The position numbers and the translations under genes were made by a program. 64,000 bases of DNA, taken from NCBI GenBank assembly GCA_963845065.1, contig CAWJQQ010000001.1, forward strand, positions 512,001-576,000, written 5' to 3'. Source of the DNA: Nitrospirota bacterium (GTDB lineage Bacteria; Nitrospirota; UBA9217). The notes beneath the pieces were generated by a model. The model had not been told where the DNA came from. It worked only from the letters and a program-made list of their open reading frames with translations, and did no database searches. The first letter of the stretch is position 1, and each line of letters opens with the position of its first letter. This document shows, piece by piece, positions 20,559 to 31,894 of this stretch.

Positions 20559-21737
20559 TCACCAAAGTAAGAGATACCCATCAGGGGCCAGGCTGGTTGC
20601 CAACATTATCATATTTATATCACGATGCGCCATCCAGTCGCTTGCTTCTCTATTTGTGGGTTCCAGCCAATAAGTCTCGATGCTGTCACGAATAGGTATA
20701 TACTGTTTTAGGTTTTCAGCCCGTGAAAGCAGCCGATGTTTCATGTTGAAATCGCGTGGCATTTGTTTAATCAGTGCAAGCAACTTCTCAATTGTGTGTA
20801 GTCCGATAGACAATCCCAGCTCCCGAAATGCAAGTCGGTAACGAGCAGGAAGTTTCAGGAGGGCCCTGCTCGCAAAGGTCTGTAAACTAACTAGGGAAGA
20901 ATCCAGGAGAGCGTCCAGAAAGTCGGCTCGATCAAAACTTTCGATTAATAACAATTGAGACAGTTTGTATGCTGCACTCAAAAGCTCGCCAATACCAAGA
21001 GGGTCATCAGTTTCCCACTTTTTTTCTTCACAAATAGCGGCCATGTCAGTAATCTCTGCGCTGAGGTCGAACCGTGCGGATTTCATAGAAGCTTTTACCG
21101 CAGTCGCCTGAAGTTGGTGGTAAGTGATGAATCCGTCGAGAGGATCGTGATGCCCCATCGATGATACAAGCGGATAGGAGAGGTCAATGCTCATTTTCCA
21201 GTACATGCGCTTCCGGCCACCAGAAGATGGAACGTATGTAAACTTGGCATGTGCTGTTTTTGCAAGCTCGATCGCCCATCTATTGTAGGTCGGATCTCCC
21301 GTGGCCCGGCTTACCCGATTGAGAGCGTGCATCCATTTCGTCAGGTAATGATAGTACTGTCCGTCTTGATCCCATTCCAGCTGTTCATCATAAGGATCAT
21401 CGGGTTTGCGTTCTTTAATTCCCTTGCCGATTCTTAACCCGCCTCGTGTGGGGTGCATTGCGCCCTCTTTTTCATCAAGACCGCTGATCCAGCCAGTTCG
21501 TGAGTCATCATCACGATGCCGGCCGAGAACATTATGAACCTGATCGACGAGGCGCAGGGCGAGCTGCTTGTATTGCTCCTCGTTCGTTTGATGATAAAGC
21601 TCAAGAAAGTTGCAGATGGCAAAAGAGTCAGTCCATAAGTAGCGCCGTGGCACTTCTCTTGCCGATAGCAGTCCGGTCAGATCGGCAAATTCAAACATGA
21701 TTTCCCGGACCAGAGTCTTAGAAGCGTTTTGTTCCAT
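20559..21737 (-). CDS. Conserved hypothetical protein (RYLWTD / DGQYYHYLTKW motifs)
   Basis: Long ORF with conserved-looking motifs; function not recognised; start ATG 21737 preferred. Confidence 0.75.
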   Translation of the reverse strand: MEQNASKTLVREIMFEFADLTGLLSAREVPRRYLWTDSFAICNFLELYHQTNEEQYKQLALRLVDQVHNVLGRHRDDDSRTGWISGLDEKEGAMHPTRGGLRIGKGIKERKPDDPYDEQLEWDQDGQYYHYLTKWMHALNRVSRATGDPTYNRWAIELAKTAHAKFTYVPSSGGRKRMYWKMSIDLSYPLVSSMGHHDPLDGFITYHQLQATAVKASMKSARFDLSAEITDMAAICEEKKWETDDPLGIGELLSAAYKLSQLLLIESFDRADFLDALLDSSLVSLQTFASRALLKLPARYRLAFRELGLSIGLHTIEKLLALIKQMPRDFNMKHRLLSRAENLKQYIPIRDSIETYWLEPTNREASDWMAHRDINMIMLATSLAPDGYLLLW

Positions 21738-21925
21738 TTTTACCTGTCGTTTTTCATGAATATTGCCTATGCTCGACCGAAAAAAAGTTGATCTCTCCCG
21801 AAAAGTGTACACCAAGTTACGTTTAATGCATGAGCTTAATAATCTCACACGTGACTTAAATCACATATAATATCTATACTCTAATATATATTATATATAG
21901 ATATTACTGATGAGGTTGATTCGCG

Positions 21926-22330
21926 GTGTTATTTAATGGACTTCTAAAATGTTTAGTAGCGTTTTTTCTCGTCACCATTTACGCTCCTGCTGTTCTCGGC
22001 GCAGCGAATGAACTGAGCTTGCTGCCATCCGATATTATAAGTCATACGATGAATCTAGCAAATCCGTCGCCAATAAAAAAATCTGTATGGAATAGCAATG
22101 AGTGTTTCCCTGGATATTTCGCAAACGATAAGAGCGTGAGCATCTCTATGGAGGGCAAGGATTTAGCTTTTGGCTCGATGAACGAATGCTTTGAAGAGAC
22201 TGCTGTCATTACACTGCGCAAAGAAGGTGATGAAATTATGTGGGGTCTTGCTCCATCGCTTGGTAAGTTCAGTCTCAATCCGATAGACGATATCAAGAAT
22301 CTCCAAGTGCTGTTGCAGTATAGGTTCTAG
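21926..22330 (+). CDS. Hypothetical exported protein
   Basis: Signal-peptide-like N-terminus; C-terminal LQYRF resembles an outer-membrane beta-signal. Confidence 0.5.
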   Translation: MLFNGLLKCLVAFFLVTIYAPAVLGAANELSLLPSDIISHTMNLANPSPIKKSVWNSNECFPGYFANDKSVSISMEGKDLAFGSMNECFEETAVITLRKEGDEIMWGLAPSLGKFSLNPIDDIKNLQVLLQYRF

Positions 22331-22722
22331 TCGGGAAAGTATCTCATCAACCGTTTTTTTGAATTCCGCGGCAGACAACGTTGAGCAATATTCCTGCCCC
22401 CTCCTCGCTAGTCGCCCCGCTTCGTTAACTTCCGTTGCGCATCCTCTACCATGATGAGGTAGTCATAATAGAGTTGTGTAAAGGTTTCGATTCGAGTATT
22501 CGCTCACAGAAACTCCCGTGATGAGCCTAACATCAGTTATTATAGGGACGAATTACAGTAGCATGGGCTATATGCATGTTCAAGGCAATAATAACAAACT
22601 TGACTTAACCCACGAAAATCATGGCAGTTGGCATTAATGACTATTCCGCATAAAAGGAATAGTAAATTTTCGAACGGTTTTGTTTGTATCGATCCCATCT
22701 GCTGCAACAATGAAGAGTATTC

Positions 22723-24438
22723 TTAACCAGTCTTCTGCTTAAGCATTTTTTCTTCGTACATCAATTTCTCGGCCTGCTGCAGCAAATCATGAATGGAGCG
22801 CGGATTTCCCGGATCGTAACAGGACATTCCCACGCTGATAGACAGTTTATAGGCGCGCTCGTTTTTTTCATTATGAACCCTGACATTCTCTTTAAAACGG
22901 TCGATAACTATATTGGCTTTTTCCTTGTTACTGGCCACGGGAATGACAACAAATTCATCACCGCCGATGCGAGCAACGATGTCAGTTTCGCGAAAGGTTG
23001 CTTTCAAGACAGAGGTCGTATCTGTCAATGCCTGATCACCTTCGTGATGGCCAAGCACATCGTTAATCTCCTTCAAATTATCCAGGTCGGCATAGAGCAG
23101 AAAGGCTGGATTCTTGTGACGCTTGGCCAGTTTTAGGAGCGGTTCTACCATAGTAAAAAATCCGCGCCGATTGTGCAGACCAGTAAGCTCATCCGTGAGG
23201 GAGAGGTTCCGTAGTTTTTCCTCCATCTGTTTCAGATCGTTGATATCTTTTGAGACAATGGTTACGGAGACTATGCGCGAGTTGGCATCTTTCACTGGGC
23301 TAAATGAACGTAAAAAATATTTATTGTCTCTTCGGCTGAAATATTCATGTTGAATCGTATCGCCCGTACTAAAGACCTTATTCACGCATTCGATAAGCTC
23401 TTTTGTCTCTTCAGGCGAATGAAATTCACTGAAAGCTCGACCTATATAGTCCTCTCCCTTCAGGCCAAGTCGCTCGATATGTTTTTTGTTTATAAACAAA
23501 AACCGGCATTCGGCATCCAAAAGGTATATCGAATCCGCTATGGACTCCATCACTGAAAGAAGTCTCTCTTCGCTCTCGCGCAGAGCTTCCTCCGCCTGCT
23601 TCCGCACGCTGATGTTCGTGATCACGCCTATCAGGCCGAGTCCGTTGTCGTGAACATCGTGGAAGCGTCGGGCTGAAAGATGCCCCCAGAACTGGGTGCC
23701 GTCCTTCCGCCAGTAGAGACGTTCGAGGTCCACGGAAGGTATCTCACTCGCCAGCAGGGCCAGCATCTTTTGCCGGCCGCTCTTGCGTTCCGATGGGTCT
23801 ACATGGTCGACGTATTCGCTCCCGACAAGTTCGTCCATCGAACAACCGAACATCTCAGCCATACGCCTGTTGGCTTGGACGATCCGGCCGGAGCTTCCCA
23901 TTAGGAAGATCGCTACGCTCACCGTGTCCATGATCTGCTGCATTGTGGCTCCACACTCAGCGATTTCCTCTTCGGCTCGCTTGCGTTCGGTGACGTTTCT
24001 CAGGATCACGAGGGTAAGGTCTTCACCGTTCTCCTGATATAGAGAAGCTCTGACCTCCATGTCGAACGCATTTCCGTCAGTACGCAAGCCGCGTGTCGCG
24101 TACGTCGATGGTAAAGCTTCGCCCCGCACACGACGAAGGATGTACGCCTTAATCTGATCGCGGTCTTCCGGCGCAATGAGTTCCAGGATCGGTTTGCCTG
24201 CAAGATCGGTCCCGGGGGGAAACCCGAACAGTTCAAGATACGCAGGATTTACGAGCACATGAATACCGGCTTTTGAAATCCCGATGGCGTCTCGCGAACT
24301 CTCGAAGACAGCATGAAAACGAGCTTCGATCGTTGTTTCAGTTCGGCACGCGCCGCCTCCTGAGCCAGGCCGCCTGGCACCTGTCGCTCCCTTGGAGCCT
24401 GTGCTCTTCTTTTGAGAGGCCTTGCACTTATTTTCCAT
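22723..24438 (-). CDS. 3xPAS-GGDEF diguanylate cyclase
   Basis: TDELTGLHNRRGF, DLDNLKEIND.LGH.EGD, RETD I-site, GGDEF. Confidence 0.93.
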   Translation of the reverse strand: MENKCKASQKKSTGSKGATGARRPGSGGGACRTETTIEARFHAVFESSRDAIGISKAGIHVLVNPAYLELFGFPPGTDLAGKPILELIAPEDRDQIKAYILRRVRGEALPSTYATRGLRTDGNAFDMEVRASLYQENGEDLTLVILRNVTERKRAEEEIAECGATMQQIMDTVSVAIFLMGSSGRIVQANRRMAEMFGCSMDELVGSEYVDHVDPSERKSGRQKMLALLASEIPSVDLERLYWRKDGTQFWGHLSARRFHDVHDNGLGLIGVITNISVRKQAEEALRESEERLLSVMESIADSIYLLDAECRFLFINKKHIERLGLKGEDYIGRAFSEFHSPEETKELIECVNKVFSTGDTIQHEYFSRRDNKYFLRSFSPVKDANSRIVSVTIVSKDINDLKQMEEKLRNLSLTDELTGLHNRRGFFTMVEPLLKLAKRHKNPAFLLYADLDNLKEINDVLGHHEGDQALTDTTSVLKATFRETDIVARIGGDEFVVIPVASNKEKANIVIDRFKENVRVHNEKNERAYKLSISVGMSCYDPGNPRSIHDLLQQAEKLMYEEKMLKQKTG

Positions 24439-24609
24439 GTACCCCTCCAGTTCCCAAAAGCGAACGTCACGCCGCTTAACAAATAAAAAGTAAATAACAA
24501 TTAAAACTAGTTTAAGCTTGCTGAATCAGTCTGGACTGTCAAGGTTTAATTGAGGCGCTAAATCACCGGCTATGCCGATGTGAATAGAAAGGGTTTTGCC
24601 GCAGTATTT

Positions 24610-25110
24610 TTCAAGAAAAAAGCTCCCTTCTTACTATGATCTTCGTTTCGGTGATAAATCGTAAGAAAGGAGCAAACTGTGAAGGACAGCTTATCACATA
24701 CAGTATGGGATGTAAATACACTGTTGTATGAATGCCGAAGAACCGGCGGTAGGAAATATACTGACAGCTACGACGTGAGCTGGTCACAATAGTACGAAAA
24801 TTTACCAAGTACAAGGGCGTGAAGATTCTGGAAGGGCCGGCATGTATAGATCATATTAACATGTGAATCTGTTCCACCGAAATATGCGCTGTCAACGATG
24901 GTGGGGTATTTGAAGGTGAAGAGCGCATAGGTGGTACTTGAGAAATACACCAAAGTGAAGCGGAATGGGGGGGGCATGCGCGTACTACGTCAACACAATC
25001 GTGGCTGAAACGCAAGTACAGAATTATATTCTAGATCAGGAAATCAACGACTCGGTTGAGGATAAGTAAGACAGGTATTTGAGTAACCCCTTTTAAAGGT
25101 GTCCGTAGAA
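24610..25110 (+). mobile_element. tnpA: IS200-type relic with a degenerate TnpA (Y1/HUH transposase)
   Basis: From GTG 24679: SLSHTVW..CKY..PK.RR*..GVKILEG..DHI..VPPKYALS.MVGYLK; many stops and frameshifts. Confidence 0.8.
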
Positions 25111-25305
25111 GCGCATTAGAGAGCACAATCTAAGTCAATTGATTGACCACTGGAACAGAAAAGGAGCTGGTACTTCAGAAAGAGTAGATACCTCTTAACG
25201 GAAACGACAGAACTATCTATCATCTTCTGTGGGGTGGCAAGATGATCGTCATGGTAGATCATGGTGTTGGACTAACGTCAATATTAATTTGCACATTTAG
25301 TGAAT

Positions 25306-25758
25306 TTAATTGGAGATGGAATGAGTTGGATTGTCCTTCGCTGCAACGTTCTTCTCAGTCTGCACTATGATCTCTGTCGCTGTGGCTTTGTCCTTAAAGA
25401 AGACCCCTTTTTTAGCGTTAACCTGGATGCTCGTTACTGTCGGCGTTACCTTCTCAAGGTCGATGTATATATCAAGACTACCTGTGACCGCAATAACGCT
25501 AACTTTACCGTCCTCTGCCTTGAGATTCGTCTCTTTTATGTCCATCTTTTCAAGGACCTTATTGAGCGCAACCTCGACATCGGTAAAAGGGTAGCAGATA
25601 GTCTTATAGGCGATGTTCGTGAATGTATAGTTTACATCAATCGCGCAGCCGCTTACTGCTGCGGGGACGGCCAAACCCATAATAGCGCAGCCCGAAAGCA
25701 CCAGAATGAGGCATAAAAGGGCGGATAGTTTAAAGAAACTTTTAACCGAGTTTGACAT
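25306..25758 (-). CDS. Lipoprotein, DUF3568-like
   Basis: Lipobox LSGC; ends ..KKGVFFKDKATATEII. Confidence 0.7.
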   Translation of the reverse strand: MSNSVKSFFKLSALLCLILVLSGCAIMGLAVPAAVSGCAIDVNYTFTNIAYKTICYPFTDVEVALNKVLEKMDIKETNLKAEDGKVSVIAVTGSLDIYIDLEKVTPTVTSIQVNAKKGVFFKDKATATEIIVQTEKNVAAKDNPTHSISN

Positions 25759-26599
25759 GTTGGCTTGCGAATAAAACTTTTTTTACTCTACTCAAGAAAC
25801 ATTATATCATAGAAGAAGAACTCCAATGTTGTCAAGACCATGATAAGTTGATGTTCACGAATAGGTACCACGAATGCGTATTTCGGGGGTAGACGTTTCG
25901 TAACGACTTTAGTTTATAACCTCAAGAGTTTATCATTTTTACCAAGGACGCCCCATTCAAACGACGTATTGGTTGTGGCATGAATTGGTTGGCATTAAAT
26001 TTACTCAGCTGCAGGAAGTGGCTATTGACAGAAAACTATATCGCAATCTGCAATGATACAAACAATATGACATCCCTCGTTTTCCGAGACTCTTTTCACA
26101 AATCATAGGAGTACTTGATGGCCTATTAAATCATTGACTACTGGGGTATGTCAAGCAATACCCGCAGTACGCGGCATTGAGGTAGCGGTTAAAAAAGATG
26201 GAGAGCCTTCCGAAATGGGATCAGGAAACCCTCCTGCATTATCTCGATGCGCTGGTAAAGGAAAACGTAGGCGCGACGGGATGAGAATGTCGGATGGCAC
26301 AGCGCCTAACCCGAGCAATTACAGATTTTCTGAAACCGCGTTATTGTCCTTGCTGTATGTGATCGTCTACGATCCCCGGTACCACAATAAGATAGCATCT
26401 TTTTTAAAGTTTTAATCGCCTCTTCTCTTGGAACGGAAGTACGGAAGTAATGAAGTCACCAACGATTACGCCAGTCGTGGATGGACCCGGGCTAGAACCC
26501 ACAGCATCAACCAGATAACGAATATAGTATGTCTCACCTCCCTAGTTTTGCCTAACAAAGAAAGTAGGTAATTTGTGATTAATATGTGCGACAAGCATA

Positions 26600-26710
26600 G
26601 GTTGGCTATATACTCCCACTCATACTGAGATAGCTGCTTATATGATTTTGGCATACACTTAGGATAGCATGGTGGCTACCACAAGTGTTACACTTCATTA
26701 TAGAACTGAC
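26600..26710 (-). mobile_element. IS30-family left-end remnant
   Basis: MPKSYKQLSQYE N-terminus at 26654, preceded by an IS30-like terminal sequence (plus strand TGTTACACTTCATTATAGAA). Confidence 0.5.
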
Positions 26711-26762
26711 GGTTTGCTATAATCAATATTAGCGAACAGTCAGGAAATGCATGTTGCTATTC

Positions 26763-26822
26763 GTCATTCCCGCGGAAGCGGGAATTCTTGGATTCAGGAT
26801 TACGGGTCAATCTCGGAATGAT
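26763..26822. repeat. REP/dRS3-like palindromic element
   Basis: GTC-ATTCCC-GCGGAAGC-GGGAAT followed by a degenerate inverted half ending GGAATGA. Confidence 0.6.
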
Positions 26823-26848
26823 AGAATGATGCCGATCAAGGAAGAGCG

Positions 26849-27901
26849 ATGGCCATTTTTCAAAAAAAGAAGACCCTGACGGGCATGTCCCGCACCTGCG
26901 GTTGAGCGTCGAAGATCGGTCCGGCGGACCTGTCGGACGTGCTTTCTGTGATCAGTCCGGTGCATGATTCGAACCTGCTCGTGGGGTTCGAGACGAGCGA
27001 TGACGCGGCCGTGTACCGGATCACGCCTGATCTCGCGGTCATCAGTACCGTGGATTTTATAACGCCGCCAGTGGACGATCCGGTCTGGTTCGGCAGGATC
27101 GCCGCGGCCAACGCGTTGTCCGACGTCTACGCCATGGGCGGGAAGCCGATTGTTGCCTTGAACCTAGTCATGTTCCCCTCGAAGAGGCTAGATAAGGGCA
27201 TCTTAAAGGATATTTTGAAGGGCGGGTTCGAGAAGGTGCGGGAGGCGGGGGTAACGCTTGCTGGCGGTCACTCTGTAGATGACCTTGAACCGAAGTACGG
27301 ACTGGCGGTCACCGGCACGGTCCATCCGGATCGCGTCCTCACGAACTGCAGCGCCAAACCGGGTGATGCGCTAGTCCTGACAAAGCCCTTGGGAACGGGT
27401 GTGCTGTTCAACGCCTGTCGTTTGAAAAAGCTTTCATACCGCGATCTGGAACACCTCTTGCCGAAGATTGCCGAGCTGAACAGGACCGCCATGGAGACGG
27501 TCCTGGCATTCGAGATCCATTCCTGCACCGACATCACTGGCTTCGGGATCGTGGGCCACGTTTTCGAGATGGCGCGGGGAAGCGGAGTCAGGATCGAACT
27601 GTCCTACGAGCATTTGCCCTTCCATCCTCACGCGATCGAAATGTATCGGAAAGGCGTCACCACTGGGAGCAATAATGCTAACCGCACGATAGTTGAAGGT
27701 GCCTGGGAGAAGAAACGCGAACTGACGCGCGAAGAGGAGGAACTGTTGTTCGACCCCCAGACATCGGGAGGGCTGTTGCTTGCCGTGCCCGCCGCGCAGG
27801 CCACCGAGCTGGCTGGGAAATTAAAACTTGCCGGCGTGGAAGATGCCGTGGTTGTCGGAGAGGTGTTCGCCGGGGAAAAACCTGTCGTAGCCGTCATCTA
27901 G
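26849..27901 (+). CDS. selD: Selenide, water dikinase (selenocysteine-containing)
   Basis: ATG 26849 in frame gives SRTCG-TGA(26903)-ASKIGP; DDAAVY, TVDFITP, GGHS, DITGFG, DPQTSGGLL. Confidence 0.93.
26906..26940 (+). promoter_or_regulatory. Candidate bacterial SECIS hairpin
   Basis: GGTCC-GGC-GGACC stem (26918-26930) with outer CGTC/GACG pairing, immediately 3' of the in-frame TGA. Confidence 0.6.
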
Positions 27902-28211
27902 GAACTTGTTGAAAAAGTCTTACCGTAGTGGACTGATTCCTTATCCCCGGCAAATGGGATCCGGTAGTAATTTGAATGCCCTGACCTTTCACCTACGCGG
28001 AAATGACTGAAAAGGGAACAAAAGAATTCCTGATCCAAGACTATCCCAACGCTATCGTATAAGTATTTTATAGCCCAAACGGATTTGGGTGATGACTTTA
28101 TGCGACATAGAATTGTATACTTACCAGAAACATGAAGATGTCTTGACGGCAAACTGCAACGATAGTTCTCTACGATTTCTCCGATCGTGGAGGTTCGATG
28201 GGCACCTACCA

Positions 28212-28763
28212 CTAAATGACTTTCCTAGGAGCGCGATAGCAAAGAGCAACGGTCTTAAGCTGGATTGCCTCTTTCGCCGCCAGTTCCGAAACGATGGCGA
28301 TCCCGGCTCCGACCTCGACAGCCTGGCTGACCCCTTCGGTGGTGCCGACCTCAGCAACGGTGTTTAGGTCCGTCAGCGCAAGTCCCGCGTCTTTGAACGC
28401 CTTCTCATAGACCGCACGCGTACCAGAGCCCTTTTCCCGATTGACGAAGTTTTGCCCCTTTAAGTCACCGAGTGCGATTGTCCCTTTCGCAGCGAGCGGA
28501 CGGTTCTTCGGAGCGATTAGAACGAGCCGGTCGTACTTGACAATCACCGCGAAGTCTACATCGGCGGATTCGAAGTGCGTGCCGATGATTCCTATTTCGT
28601 ATTGTCCTTTTCTCACACCTTCAAAGACCTGCTGACTGTCCGATATCTCCACCTAGAGCACGATCTCCGGAAGGTAACTGATCATCGCAGACAGCAGACG
28701 GGGAATGATGACCTCTCCCGGGATGGTGCTTGCTCCAAGTGTGGACAAATGTTTTTTGGTCAA
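28212..28763 (-). pseudogene. LysR substrate-binding domain (selenium-associated/CysL-like), no HTH, internal TAG
   Basis: TTG 28763 after AGGAG: TLGASTIPGEVIIP..IVL*VEISDS..REKGSGTR..GIAIVSELA; TAG at 28653-28655; C-terminus degenerate. Confidence 0.7.
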
Positions 28764-29364
28764 ATCTCCTCTCTGCTGGTAAATTATTTCCGTTTTATTG
28801 TTCCAAGAAGCGGATCTTATGACCGACATTGAATCCGTAGAAGTTTTCGTTCAGCGGTTTGTCGTCAGTCTCGCAAAGGAATACTTGAAAAGAGCAGCTA
28901 ACCAGCCTTCGGCGCCGGACCTAGGACCGACTTGTTTTTAACACTTAGTTGCATCATTGTGTGTATCAGCACAAATATGTACATAATTTAAAATATCATA
29001 GGTTTGAATGATATGTAAAATAGTCATTTCCGATACATACGACGCAAATCATAGGTTTTATCGGTAGATAAGATAACTGAAGCAGCAACATTTACAATTT
29101 TGTTTTGAGATGATCGAGAAAAAGAGAATAGATGAGTGGAAGGATGCGTTTCTTGTGAGTCACCATATAAAACAACCTTTTCATCGGAGGGGCGATCAAC
29201 TTGACTTCTTTAAGAAGCCCATATATCAGCTCTTCCTTGGAAGTGCTTGAAGGAATTGATATGAAGCCTTAAAATGAGCGACCCTTCGCTCTTCCCATTG
29301 TGGCACTCCCGCGTAGAACACGACGGATTAAATAAGTAGACACCTAATTCCAAATAATTATGCC

Positions 29365-31107
29365 TTACATTTTATGCTTCTGTTCTTGCATCCATGCATC
29401 TATTGCATTAAAAGCCATGGGACGGGCAAAGAGAAAGCCCTGGCCGTAGCCACAGTGCAGATTTCGAACATTGGCTAATTGGTGTTCCATTTCCACTCCC
29501 TCGGCAATCACATCGAAATTCAGGCTCTTGGCCAAGGAAACAATGTGCGTGATGATCGCCTGATTTTCACCGTTGGTGGTAAGTTTGTTGATAAAACTAC
29601 GGTCAATCTTGAGAGCACTCACTGGAAAGAGTTGTAGGTAGCTCAGCGACGAATGGCCGGTGCCGAAATCATCAATATGGAGATGTATCCCCATGTTTCG
29701 CAGCCTGTTCATTGTCTCAATAGCATCATCAACATTCTCCATAATCATACTCTCTGTGATTTCCAATATCACGGTGTGGGGATCAACACCTGTCTCAGCT
29801 AGAAATCGGGAGAGTATACCGACAAGGTCCTGTTGCGAGAATTGCCTGCTTGAAATATTGATGCTCATATTGAGCGGTGGCTGCGCGGGGTACCGCGCCT
29901 GAAGCAATTTCAGCTCACGGCAGGCTTCGTGAAGAATCCATGCTCCGATATGATAGATGAGTCCGTGCTCCTCTGCTAAGGGGATGAACTCCATGGGGTA
30001 GATGAGGCCCCGCGTCGGATGATTCCAGCGGACGAGCGCTTCAAATCCCATCAACTGTTGTGTTGTCAGGTCGATGATGGGCTGATAGTAGAGAGTAAGC
30101 TCCTTATTATCGACTGCTCCTCGCAAATCGGCCACCAGCTGCATCCGGTCCAGGATATTGGCATGCAGCTTGATATCGAAGATCTCATACGATGCGTTTC
30201 CCCGACCTTTTGCCTCGTACATCGCGATGTCCGCGTCGCGGAGGACCTGTTCCGGTCGTTCATAACCTTCCGAGCCTAACGCGATTCCGATGCTGATCGA
30301 GGTAAATATTTTACGTCCTTTGATATCGAGCGGAACAGTCAATTTCTCCCGGATCCGCTCGGCGACGATGACCGTGTAAGCGGGATCATCGATGTTCTGC
30401 AGGAGAATGGCAAATTCATCACCTCCGAGTCGCGCGATGGTATCTCCGGGACGGATGCAATCGGCCAGCTTGCGACCGACTACAACGAGTAGTTGATCGC
30501 CGATGGTATGACCGTGGCTGTCGTTGATGATCTTAAACCGGTCCATGTCGAGGAAGAAGACTGCGTAGTTATAAGTGCCGTGCCGTCGTTGCGACGCGGT
30601 AATAACATGTTGGAGTCGGTTCAGAAAAAGTGCCCGATTCGGGAGGCCCGTCAGGGGATCGTGGAAGGCATCATACATATGCTGCTCATCCGCCTTTTTC
30701 CTCGCGGTGATGTCAGAATATGTCCTCACAAATCCCTTTGAAGGCAAAGGTATATGAGTCAGAAGGCACCATCGATTAACCCCTTGTATCGTTTGCGGAA
30801 ATTCAATTTTAAAGGGATCGGGCAAATTAAGTTCTCGTAAAGTCCGTTCAAGGATATCCCTTGTTTGTCCAGTCACATCAGCCCATACCTTGAGGATATC
30901 TCTGAAATCACAGCCTACTTCGACTGTTCCCGGCTGCAACCCAAAAAGTTCCTCCAACTGCTTGTTGAATGCGAGCACAGTATAGTCAGACCCAACAACT
31001 ACCATGCCCTGCGAAATATTGTTCAAAACAATAGTAAGAATTTCCGCTATCTGAGAGCTGTCGTCTTTATTGAACAATGTTCTTTTGTTAATAGGTTTGT
31101 TCTCCAT
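29365..31107 (-). CDS. PAS-GGDEF-EAL protein
   Basis: HDPLTGLPNR, GGDEF, FEALVRW, EITES, DDFGTGHSSL, KID, AEGVE. Confidence 0.95.
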   Translation of the reverse strand: MENKPINKRTLFNKDDSSQIAEILTIVLNNISQGMVVVGSDYTVLAFNKQLEELFGLQPGTVEVGCDFRDILKVWADVTGQTRDILERTLRELNLPDPFKIEFPQTIQGVNRWCLLTHIPLPSKGFVRTYSDITARKKADEQHMYDAFHDPLTGLPNRALFLNRLQHVITASQRRHGTYNYAVFFLDMDRFKIINDSHGHTIGDQLLVVVGRKLADCIRPGDTIARLGGDEFAILLQNIDDPAYTVIVAERIREKLTVPLDIKGRKIFTSISIGIALGSEGYERPEQVLRDADIAMYEAKGRGNASYEIFDIKLHANILDRMQLVADLRGAVDNKELTLYYQPIIDLTTQQLMGFEALVRWNHPTRGLIYPMEFIPLAEEHGLIYHIGAWILHEACRELKLLQARYPAQPPLNMSINISSRQFSQQDLVGILSRFLAETGVDPHTVILEITESMIMENVDDAIETMNRLRNMGIHLHIDDFGTGHSSLSYLQLFPVSALKIDRSFINKLTTNGENQAIITHIVSLAKSLNFDVIAEGVEMEHQLANVRNLHCGYGQGFLFARPMAFNAIDAWMQEQKHKM

Positions 31108-31149
31108 ATTACCTCGTTGAACATTATTGGTATGACTTCACCTTTAATT

Positions 31150-31320
31150 TGCTGTAAAGTGATAATCATATAAAGGGCGCCTCCGAGCACACCAGAATCT
31201 CAAAGATTCTGACATCTTCTTGGGAAGAGACAGCCAATCCCATCCCAGGCGGTGCTTTATGAGATTGTACTTAGGAATCGATCTACATTCAAGTAATAAT
31301 ATTTGGGAATCATCGATGAA
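31150..31320 (+). mobile_element. IS110-family remnant (non-coding left end plus about 20 codons)
   Basis: ATG 31259 reads MRLYLGIDLHSSNN, then after a frameshift LGIIDE, typical of the DEDD N-terminus. Confidence 0.6.
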
Positions 31321-31692
31321 ACTTGTCTGGAGATCGATATGGTAGTGGCGTAGCGGATTCATCATCTCACCTGGCTGGGCCGTGAAACATCTAACATGCC
31401 CTGCACGGTCTTCTTTAATGATGCAGAATGGAAAGCTCTTGTTGGCTTCATAAATCTGACCCCTGTGGCCTCGGCCACACCGCCCACCCTCCAGCAGGCC
31501 ATCATCATGGTCGCGACTCTGGGCGGATTCCTCAATCGCAACTCGGACGGCGAACTAGGTACAGAAACCATCTGGCGCGGTTTACAGCTTCTTGATGACA
31601 TAACAAAGGCATACATTGCCTTTGTCCTACGATCTCAAAAGATTAACCTCCGGTCTTATCCAACCTTGGCTATGGGTAAAGATGGGCCGTAA
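31321..31692 (+). mobile_element. IS4-family (IS50/Tn5-like) transposase C-terminal fragment and right end
   Basis: IDMVVA*RI..LGRE..PCT..EWKAL..PPTL..LGGFLNR.SDGELG..IWRG; ends ATGGGTAAAGAT. Confidence 0.8.
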
Positions 31693-31894
31693 GGGAGGGG
31701 ATGAAAGGCGATATTTATGACAAGATTTGATCCACGTGCTATCTTTTATAGTATTGCAATGTTGAAAATAAAAACTTATAAATACCGCCTCGATAACCTT
31801 TGCAACTTCGCGCATTGTAAGTTGCGGATCATTCCGAAGCCGTCTTTAGCGCTGATGTATCCAATCAATGCCGACCTTTCGACTCAAGTTTTTA

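Noticed and set aside
26150..26285. Possible C-terminal remnant of an XRE regulator (MESLPKWDQETLLHYLDALV)
   Set aside because: Too short to support
28653..28655. TAG as a pyrrolysine codon
   Set aside because: No pyl genes or methylamine methyltransferase context, and the gene's C-terminus is also degenerate
28895..28930. attC-like GCTAAC sequence
   Set aside because: No matching GTTRRRY half-site, cassette or integrase
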